IMG/VR virus record: IMGVR_UViG_3300045973_000093
Location: 2,057-66,056 of that record
DNA: 64,000 bases
Direction: 5' to 3' (one strand)
Source of the DNA: a virus
Lineage: Duplodnaviria; Caudoviricetes
The position numbers were made by a program, and so were the translations under genes. The notes beneath the pieces were generated by a model. The model saw nothing but the letters and a program-made list of their open reading frames with translations, searched no databases and was not told the DNA's origin. This document shows positions 1 to 7,227 of this stretch, piece after piece. Within the stretch, counting starts at the first letter, position 1. Each line of letters starts with the position of its first letter.

Positions 1-1074
1 TGGTCGCTGGATTTCTGGCGTCAGGCTCGCAACCTCTCGTTCATCAACAAGTTCCTCGGTAAAGACGAGAACTCGATGATTCAGCACATTACTGAGCTGA
101 AGAAGACTGAGAAGGGCGCACGCGCAGTCGTCACGTTGCTGACCGACCTCGAAGGCGACGGTATCGCCGGAGACCGCACTCTGGAAGGCAACGAAGAGCA
201 GCTCAAGTCGTACGACAAAGTGATCCGTATCGACCAACTGCGTAACGCCAACCGCAACGAAGGTAAGCTGGCCGACCAGAAGACCGTCGTGAACTTCCGC
301 GAAAACAGCCGCGACAAACTGGCCTACTGGATCTCTGACCGTATGGACCAACTGGCGTTCTTGACGCTGGCCGGACTGCAGTACAGCACCCGTAACAGCG
401 CCGTCGGTGCTGTAGGTGGCCGTATCGGCTCTGACCTGCCTTTCTTGGAATTTGCCCAAGACGTCGCAGCACCCTCATCCAAGCGCTTCGGACGCTGGAA
501 CGGCACCACCAAGCTGATGGAGTGGGGCACTGGCACTGGCTCCCTCGCCGCTGCCGACACCCCCACCTACGCGATGCTGGTTCAAGCCAAGGCCTATGCC
601 AAGGACAACTACATCCGTGGCGTGAAGGAAAAGGGCGGCGAAGAGGTCTACCACGTGTTCTTCAGCCCCCAGGCGATGGCGAAACTGAAGCTCGACCCTG
701 ACTACCTGTCCAACTTGCGTTGGGCGCGTCAGCGTGGCGAAGACAACCCAATCTTCACCGGCGACGTGGTGCGTATCGACGGCATGTATCTGCATGAGTT
801 CCGTCACGTGCCAAACACCCGTTTGACACCCTCTGGCTCCAAGTACGGCGGCGGCACCATCGACGGTTGCCAAGTGCTGTTCTGCGGCGCTCAGTCACTG
901 GGTATGGCCGACATCGGTATCCCTGAGTGGAACGAGAAGGGCTTCGACTACGAGAACCAACAAGGTATCTCGATTGGCAAGGTCATGGGTTTCCTGAAGC
1001 CCACGTTCTACTCGCAGTACAGCGGCGGCACTACCGAAGACTTCGGTGTGGTCTCTCTGTACACCGCTCAATAA
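1..1074 (+). CDS. Major capsid protein (N4-gp56/DUF4043-like), 5'-truncated by window edge
   Basis: Frame is open from base 1 (WSLDFWRQARNLSFINKFLG...); GDRTLEGNEE, IDQLRNA and FDYENQQGISIGK motifs resemble N4-like capsid proteins; follows portal/scaffold in circular order. Confidence 0.85.
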   Translation, partial: WSLDFWRQARNLSFINKFLGKDENSMIQHITELKKTEKGARAVVTLLTDLEGDGIAGDRTLEGNEEQLKSYDKVIRIDQLRNANRNEGKLADQKTVVNFRENSRDKLAYWISDRMDQLAFLTLAGLQYSTRNSAVGAVGGRIGSDLPFLEFAQDVAAPSSKRFGRWNGTTKLMEWGTGTGSLAAADTPTYAMLVQAKAYAKDNYIRGVKEKGGEEVYHVFFSPQAMAKLKLDPDYLSNLRWARQRGEDNPIFTGDVVRIDGMYLHEFRHVPNTRLTPSGSKYGGGTIDGCQVLFCGAQSLGMADIGIPEWNEKGFDYENQQGISIGKVMGFLKPTFYSQYSGGTTEDFGVVSLYTAQ

Positions 1075-1098
1075 CCCGCTGCTTAGAGGAGAAATATC

Positions 1099-1665
1099 AT
1101 GGCAGTTATTCGTCGCACCCGTGGTGCTCAGTACCCCCTGGTCGCTGAGTACGTATTCAACTACAACGACGGTCAGGCCTACTTGTCGGCCCTGGCTGGC
1201 GCAAGCGTTGAGTACAACCTCAAATCTAACGTCACCGACTTCGGTTCTGGCGTTCAGCCCACCGGCCTGATGTCCGGCATCAGCTACGTCGCCAACACTG
1301 GCGGACAGACCTACTACTTCGAAGTCGTGACTCTGCCGATTAACTCGCAGATCATCGGCGGCGACGTGCAGGTCGAAGTGGCCTATGCCGGTCCCGCCAC
1401 AGCGACTCTGTCGCTGGGCGACAGCTCCAACGGCACTTTGTATGCCTCCGCAGTCAACATCAAGACTGTTGGCCGCACCGCGCTGACCATCCCCGCAGAA
1501 CTGACTAGCTACGCTGCCAACAGCAACGTAGGTGCGGACGCCGCTGCTGGTCTGGACGTGCGTGCGACTCTGGCTCTGGGTGCAGGTGCCGCTACCACTG
1601 GCCGTGTTCGTGTACGCCTGCTGTACACCATCGACGGGCGCATGAACGAGTCTGGCACTCAGTAA
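1099..1665 (+). CDS. Putative capsid decoration/virion structural protein
   Basis: Directly after MCP, strong SD (GAGGAG), beta-rich, followed by terminator. Confidence 0.6.
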   Translation: MAVIRRTRGAQYPLVAEYVFNYNDGQAYLSALAGASVEYNLKSNVTDFGSGVQPTGLMSGISYVANTGGQTYYFEVVTLPINSQIIGGDVQVEVAYAGPATATLSLGDSSNGTLYASAVNIKTVGRTALTIPAELTSYAANSNVGADAAAGLDVRATLALGAGAATTGRVRVRLLYTIDGRMNESGTQ

Positions 1666-1675
1666 GTAGCCCTCT

Positions 1676-1704
1676 GAAGTGGGCTTCGGCCCACTTCTTT
1701 ATTT
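1676..1704 (+). terminator. Rho-independent terminator
   Basis: GAAGTGGGC-TTCG-GCCCACTTC then TTTATTT. Confidence 0.85.
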
Positions 1705-1724
1705 CAACCCACTGGAGAACCACT

Positions 1725-2111
1725 ATGCCTGAATACGTGCTCAATCGTACATACACCCACCGCTCGACCCACGGGCACATCGTCAACTTCGTGAAGGGGC
1801 AACCGGTCTTTGTGCCGCCCATTCTGGAGCGCGAAGTGGCTCAGTTCGGGGCGGAACCGGTGGATGGTGAGCGCGTTGACCTGCTGTCGGATATGGACGA
1901 GAAGAAAGCACCCGAAGCACCTACTGGTGCCGACCGTCGTGCGATTTTGTTGGCCGCGTTCGAGCAGCTCGAAAAGCGTAATCAGCGTGGTGACTTCACT
2001 GGTCAGGGCCGACCAAATCTGTCGATCCTGAAGGATCTCGTCGGCTTCGAGGTAAGTACTCGTGAGCGCGACGAGACGTGGGAAGAAATGAAGAACTTGG
2101 CGACACAGTAA
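1725..2111 (+). CDS. Hypothetical virion-associated protein
   Basis: SD GGAG, 128 aa, TAATG-coupled to next gene. Confidence 0.65.
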   Translation: MPEYVLNRTYTHRSTHGHIVNFVKGQPVFVPPILEREVAQFGAEPVDGERVDLLSDMDEKKAPEAPTGADRRAILLAAFEQLEKRNQRGDFTGQGRPNLSILKDLVGFEVSTRERDETWEEMKNLATQ

Positions 2112-2800
2112 TGACCTCCGACGACCTGTACACGCTGTTCCGTAGCGACGTTGTCGATACGGTGGCTCCGTACCTCTGGACAGATACAGAGGTGTGGAAC
2201 TACATGAACGACGCGTACAGGACGTTTGTGCGGCTCATCGGCGGTATCCCCGACTCTATGTCCTCGCTCACTCAGGTGGCGATTAAGACAGGCGGGGCAA
2301 CGTCCGCTGTGAGTCCACTGATCCTGCGATTCAACAACGCATACCTGCTCTCCGACGGCACCAACCTGAAGATCATCAACAGCGCAAATACACCTCAGTT
2401 CAACGCTACGGACTATGGCAACACCATGACCTCGCAGCGCAACACGACTGCGGGTCCGGTGCGCTACATGATCACGAACGCTGGTCGCAACAAGGACGCA
2501 GGTTATGTGCGTTGGGCAAAGATCCCGCAAAAGGACGACACCGTACAGCTCGACGTTTACCGTCTGCCGCTCGACGTTGTCACCACGGGGTTCGAGTTCG
2601 ATGAGGTGGGGGAAGAGCACCACGAGGCATTCCTGTTGTGGATGAAGGCACGCGCATACGGCAAGGCAGACACGGAGACGTTTGATCGCGGTCGTCGCGA
2701 CGACAACATGAAGCTGTTCCGGGACTACTGCGCCGATGCCAAGGCTGAAAACCGTCGCTACAAGAGCCACGTTATGACTGCTGCGTACGGAGGTCTGTAA
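2111..2800 (+). CDS. Head-tail adaptor/connector protein
   Basis: Start MTSDDLY at TAATG overlap; 'PYLWTDTEVWNYMNDA' and 'EEHHEAFLLW..ARAY.K.D' resemble podophage adaptor proteins. Confidence 0.65.
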   Translation: MTSDDLYTLFRSDVVDTVAPYLWTDTEVWNYMNDAYRTFVRLIGGIPDSMSSLTQVAIKTGGATSAVSPLILRFNNAYLLSDGTNLKIINSANTPQFNATDYGNTMTSQRNTTAGPVRYMITNAGRNKDAGYVRWAKIPQKDDTVQLDVYRLPLDVVTTGFEFDEVGEEHHEAFLLWMKARAYGKADTETFDRGRRDDNMKLFRDYCADAKAENRRYKSHVMTAAYGGL

Positions 2801-3072
2801 TGACTACGTTCAAAAAAGATCCCGACGCTGTGCTGGACTACACGTTCGATTGGTCGGCGTATCTCGCGCCTATCAGCGACACGATTGCCAGTGCTACTTT
2901 TGTCGCCGACACGGGTTTGACCACTACTAACCCCAGCCACACAACCACCACTGCAACGGTGTTTGTCTCTGGTGGTACTGCAGGCCAAAGCCTGAACCTC
3001 ACTTGCCGAATCGTTACGTCCTCTGGGCGCACTGATGACCGGTCTGTCACCTTAAAAATTGCTAACCGTTAG
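2800..3072 (+). CDS. Fibre-tail adaptor protein
   Basis: KDPDAVLDYTFDW ... GRTDDRS pattern typical of small phage fibre-tail adaptors. Confidence 0.65.
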   Translation: MTTFKKDPDAVLDYTFDWSAYLAPISDTIASATFVADTGLTTTNPSHTTTTATVFVSGGTAGQSLNLTCRIVTSSGRTDDRSVTLKIANR

Positions 3073-3083
3073 GAGTAAACATC

Positions 3084-3749
3084 ATGGCATCCATGACCGA
3101 CTTTCTGGAGAATAAAGTAGCTGACTTCATGTTTCGCGCCCAGGCGCTGGGCATCACAGGTGCGACCGCCGCCGCAGGCACTGGCCCTGCCAACGTGTAC
3201 ATGGCGCTGATCCGTGCGACCGCTGGCATCTCGCCGCGCTCCACCGCAGTGACCGTGGGCCAGACCACTGTGCCCTCTGCCGGTAACGGTCGCATGTATC
3301 GCTGCTCTGTCGCCGGTACCACAGGCGCTGGCGAACCCACATGGCCCACCACCACCGCAGGCACTGTCGCCGACGGCACTGCGACCTGGGTCGAAATGAC
3401 CACGGACTTCGAGACGAACAGCGCAGTGCTGATCGCCGCAGAAGCCACCGGTCTGGGCGGCTACGCTCGCTTCACCTTGGCCTCTTCGTTGGCTAACTGG
3501 GTGGACACTCAGGCCAACGGCACTGGCGTGGTCTCTACCGGTTCGTCCGGCACGATCTCGAACAAGAACCTGATCACCTTCGCCACACCTTCTGCTGGCT
3601 GGGGCACCACCGCCGCCATCGTGCTGTACGACGCGATCACCACTGGTAACGCACTGGTGTACTCCGTGCTGACCACCCCTAAGGTGATCAACAGCGGCGA
3701 CACAGTGACGATCCCAGCATCGTCCTACACGTTCCAGATCGACAACTAA
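3084..3749 (+). CDS. Tail fibre-associated structural protein with internal carbohydrate-binding-like insert
   Basis: MTDFLENK...YAR...ITFATPSAGWG...YDA.T.GN.L scaffold plus insert GRMYRCSVAGTTGAGEPTWPT...DGTATW. Confidence 0.65.
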   Translation: MASMTDFLENKVADFMFRAQALGITGATAAAGTGPANVYMALIRATAGISPRSTAVTVGQTTVPSAGNGRMYRCSVAGTTGAGEPTWPTTTAGTVADGTATWVEMTTDFETNSAVLIAAEATGLGGYARFTLASSLANWVDTQANGTGVVSTGSSGTISNKNLITFATPSAGWGTTAAIVLYDAITTGNALVYSVLTTPKVINSGDTVTIPASSYTFQIDN

Positions 3750-3762
3750 AGTCTGAACGACC

Positions 3763-5457
3763 ATGCCCCAACTCGCTGACCGTGTCAGGGATACCACCAG
3801 TACCTCGGGTACTGGTGCGTTCGCGCTCAATGGCACACCACCACTGTCGTACCAGTCGTTTGGCACGGCGTTCCCCAATGGGGCACCTTCGATACCGTAC
3901 TGCTGTGTTGATACGTCTACAGGTGCGTGGGAGGTTGGCAAGGGGGCGTTAGCTGGCGGCGGTGATGTGAACTTTGCTAACGTGTCTGTTCTGATGCACT
4001 TTGAGGGTGCATCGTTTGTGGACAGCAGCCTCGCCCCTCTGACCCTCGGGTCTGGCGGTGCACCGACAATTTCTTCCGCACAAGCGAAGTTCGGCACATC
4101 GTCTGGTTCTTTCAATGGAACAAGCTGGGTGACGATGCCCGTGAGTTCCACTCCTCTAGCTTTTGGTGCCGGAGACTTCACCATCGAGGCATGGGTATAT
4201 CCGACTGCCAGCACAACAAACGGCGTTATCTATTGCGGGCAGTGCAACCAAGACGGAGTCGCAGCCAACAACTCTGTCTACTTTGCTATCAGCAGCTCAG
4301 GCGCAGCGAACTCTGGTATGGCAGTGGGGGCCACAGGGTACAACGTCAACTGCGCGAACCCCGCACTGAACCAATGGAGTCACGTTGCTCTGGTCCGATA
4401 CGGTAGCACTCTGACCACATACCTGAATGGCGTAGTCGTGCAGAGCATTGCTGTAACGGGAACCATGAACGTCGGCAACACGACTTTCGTACCGTCCATC
4501 GGAAGTGCTTCAAACGGCGGTGCGCCGTTCACTGGATACATCGACGAGTTCCGTATATCGAAAGGGCTTGCCCGGTACACCGCTGCATTTACTCCACCAA
4601 TCTCGGCATTCCTGTCTAGCGTCGGGGTGTCTGACCAATACTATTCAAGCGTCACTTCGCTGCTTGCCATGAATGGTGTCAACGGCTCGACAACCATCAC
4701 TGATACAGGACCAACTCCACTGACGTGGACAAACGTAAGTAATCTTGTGACGCTGAACACGGCCACATTCAAGTACGGTACAGCATCCGCATTCTTTAGC
4801 GGGGCGTCGACCGGCATTACCGGCGACGGTAGTGCGGCGTTTGCCTTTGGTACTGGTGACTGGACTGTGGAGATGTGGGTCAAACCATCGGCTACGGGAA
4901 TGCAGGGCCTATACGTCGACCAAATTTCGAGCGGTGCGGACACTACACGCAAAGCGATATATCTGAACGCCACCAACAACGTCCTCTTCGTGACCGGGGC
5001 CACGAATCAGATCACCGGGACGACAGTCGTCCCGACCACGTCGTTCACACATATCGCAGTCTGTCGGGCGGCGGGCGTGACCCGACTATTTGTTAACGGT
5101 GCCCAAGAAGGTATTAGCTGGACGGACGCCACGAACTACACGGTCGGCGCAGCGCGCCCAGTTATCGGAAACGACAGCCCTATAACTACTGCATGGGCAT
5201 TCATCGGCTACATGGATGATGTTCGCATCTCCAAGGGGTTCGGTCGATATTCCTCCAACTTCACGCCAGTTCAGTGCGGTGTCGGAGCGGGGGGCACTCT
5301 GTACCGAGACGTCATCCGCGCATCGTCCAATGGTGGTGCTGCTGTGAGCTTCACAGGCAATAGCAAAGACATCTTCCTCACTGCCAACGCAGAACTTTTA
5401 GATAACGCAAACATCGGTATGCAGGTCGCAATGTCTCGCGGCCAAGCCATGCCATAA
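3763..5457 (+). CDS. Tail fibre/receptor-binding protein with two LamG/ConA-like domains
   Basis: Two copies of FG.GDFT.E.W...W.H.A..R...G..DE.RISKG..RY. Confidence 0.75.
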   Translation: MPQLADRVRDTTSTSGTGAFALNGTPPLSYQSFGTAFPNGAPSIPYCCVDTSTGAWEVGKGALAGGGDVNFANVSVLMHFEGASFVDSSLAPLTLGSGGAPTISSAQAKFGTSSGSFNGTSWVTMPVSSTPLAFGAGDFTIEAWVYPTASTTNGVIYCGQCNQDGVAANNSVYFAISSSGAANSGMAVGATGYNVNCANPALNQWSHVALVRYGSTLTTYLNGVVVQSIAVTGTMNVGNTTFVPSIGSASNGGAPFTGYIDEFRISKGLARYTAAFTPPISAFLSSVGVSDQYYSSVTSLLAMNGVNGSTTITDTGPTPLTWTNVSNLVTLNTATFKYGTASAFFSGASTGITGDGSAAFAFGTGDWTVEMWVKPSATGMQGLYVDQISSGADTTRKAIYLNATNNVLFVTGATNQITGTTVVPTTSFTHIAVCRAAGVTRLFVNGAQEGISWTDATNYTVGAARPVIGNDSPITTAWAFIGYMDDVRISKGFGRYSSNFTPVQCGVGAGGTLYRDVIRASSNGGAAVSFTGNSKDIFLTANAELLDNANIGMQVAMSRGQAMP

Positions 5458-5467
5458 GGAGTATTAA

Positions 5468-5932
5468 ATGCCCGGAAATAATGATCCAATTTACACCCGT
5501 GTCGCAGACATTCAGACCGACACGCTGGCTGCAACTACATTGCTCGGCCCTACAGCCAACACCGCGCAGGACGGCACAGGCACGATATACCCAATATGGG
5601 TTGCTGATGCCACCAATGGGGGATATTGCCAACGCCTTTTGTTCCAGAGCATATCGACGGTGTTTGTCACGGTGTGCCGAGTATTTCTATCTGACGCGAC
5701 CACAACGATTACCTCTGGTGCACTGGTAAGCAACACCTCCGCGAATACCCACCTTATCAACGAAATCTCGCTGCCTGCGGTCACGGTATCGCAGACGGCG
5801 TCGTCACCGCATTTGGAGCTTCCTATCAACATGCCGATCCCTCCAGGATTCAAGATTTGCGTGACGTTCAGCAGTTCCACAGGTGCTGGTACAACTGGCT
5901 GGAATGTGGTTGCTGTTGGGGGTAAATACTGA
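5468..5932 (+). CDS. Tail-associated structural protein
   Basis: SD AAGGAG, beta-rich 154 aa, tail cluster context. Confidence 0.6.
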   Translation: MPGNNDPIYTRVADIQTDTLAATTLLGPTANTAQDGTGTIYPIWVADATNGGYCQRLLFQSISTVFVTVCRVFLSDATTTITSGALVSNTSANTHLINEISLPAVTVSQTASSPHLELPINMPIPPGFKICVTFSSSTGAGTTGWNVVAVGGKY

Positions 5933-6165
5933 TGATTAGCTTACCAATCTACTTCGCGGATGGCTCTTACGGGGCACAGGTTACGGATGAGGAATCGGGC
6001 GTCACTTACGTCACCGACTCCAACGGAACCACCCTGACGGGGAAGCTGGAGTATTCGTCTGTTCCACCGGCCCCTGCACCATTGCTGCCTACTGAACAGG
6101 TAGTAGTTATTACGACCTCCGACATCCCTGTTCTGACAACCGCGCAGATTCCTGCACTGGGGTAA
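5932..6165 (+). CDS. Hypothetical tail protein
   Basis: TGATG coupling, 77 aa. Confidence 0.5.
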   Translation: MISLPIYFADGSYGAQVTDEESGVTYVTDSNGTTLTGKLEYSSVPPAPAPLLPTEQVVVITTSDIPVLTTAQIPALG

Positions 6166-6168
6166 GAC

Positions 6169-7062
6169 ATGCTTGACGCATTCCACACGCCATCACCGAC
6201 AGTAGGTGATGTTCAGACGTTCATCGGCAACGCTACTGCTGTCGGAGCCTGCAATATGGTGTGGGCAAAACCTCGTGGCATATCTATGGTGTACATGATG
6301 GCACTAGGCTGCGGGGGCAATGGCACAGCGGCGACTGCGGGCGCTACATCGGCTGGAGGAGTCGGCGGAGGAGGCGGAGCAGCTGGCTCACTACTGATAC
6401 CTGCAAAGTTTTTGCCAGATGTACTTTACGTAATGGCTGGTGCTGGTGGCGCTGGGTCTGCTCTCCCGACTCTAATTGCCGTAAAGCCTAACGGCGCAAC
6501 CTATAACAGCGTCCCAGTAGCAGGGGACATATTCCTATATGCTGGCGGTGCTATTGGGAATGCCACTACTGCTGGCGTTGCTGGCACAACGTCTACGGCT
6601 GCTCTAGCCGCTAGGGGCATTTACGTATTTGTTCCGGGTTCGGCGGGGGGTGCGGCTGGCGCAGCTACGGGTACAGCGGGTAGCGCAGGGTCTACTAACG
6701 GGGTGTTTACCAGCGGCGGTGGCGGTGGTGGTGGCATGTCTGCGACTGTTGCAGCCGCTGGGGGAGCAGGCGGCAATCAGACAATATCCCAATACACCAT
6801 ACCTGCTGGCGGTGCTGCTGGCACTTCTGCTGTTGCCGGGGGTGCTGGTGGGGTTGGCCTTAGCATGCTTGACCTCGCCTACTTTAGTGCTGGCGGTGGG
6901 GGCGGAGCCGGGTTCCCAACTGCTACTGCATCTGCTGGTGGCGCTGGCGGAAATGGCGGTTATGGGTGCGGTGGCGGTGGCGGTGGTGCGGCGGTGACTG
7001 GACAGACCGTAGGCGCAGCCGGAAAAGGTGGCCCCGGTCTGGTAATCATCACCTGCTGGTGA
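6169..7062 (+). CDS. Glycine-rich tail fibre protein
   Basis: W.KP.G...V.....G.GG.G start, GGGGGG runs, C-terminal G.GG.G.VIIT.W. Confidence 0.7.
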   Translation: MLDAFHTPSPTVGDVQTFIGNATAVGACNMVWAKPRGISMVYMMALGCGGNGTAATAGATSAGGVGGGGGAAGSLLIPAKFLPDVLYVMAGAGGAGSALPTLIAVKPNGATYNSVPVAGDIFLYAGGAIGNATTAGVAGTTSTAALAARGIYVFVPGSAGGAAGAATGTAGSAGSTNGVFTSGGGGGGGMSATVAAAGGAGGNQTISQYTIPAGGAAGTSAVAGGAGGVGLSMLDLAYFSAGGGGGAGFPTATASAGGAGGNGGYGCGGGGGGAAVTGQTVGAAGKGGPGLVIITCW

Positions 7063-7065
7063 ACC

Positions 7066-7227
7066 ATGCGCTTTGTCCTCGCTGCCTTACTCACAGCCTG
7101 CTCTGTACCTGCACCTGACTACTGTGTAGCGTACAAGGATGGGCGCTGTGTGGCGTGGACTATAGGCTCTGACCGACGCCCGAGTGAATCCGATCTCGAC
7201 TATTTGACGCGCAAGCAGGAGAAGTAA
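7066..7227 (+). CDS. Small lipoprotein, 53 aa (not in ORF track)
   Basis: Read directly: MRFVLAALLTAC-SVPAPDYCVAYKDGRCVAWTIGSDRRPSESDLDYLTRKQEK*; lipobox LTAC; fills the intergenic gap exactly. Confidence 0.6.
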   Translation: MRFVLAALLTACSVPAPDYCVAYKDGRCVAWTIGSDRRPSESDLDYLTRKQEK

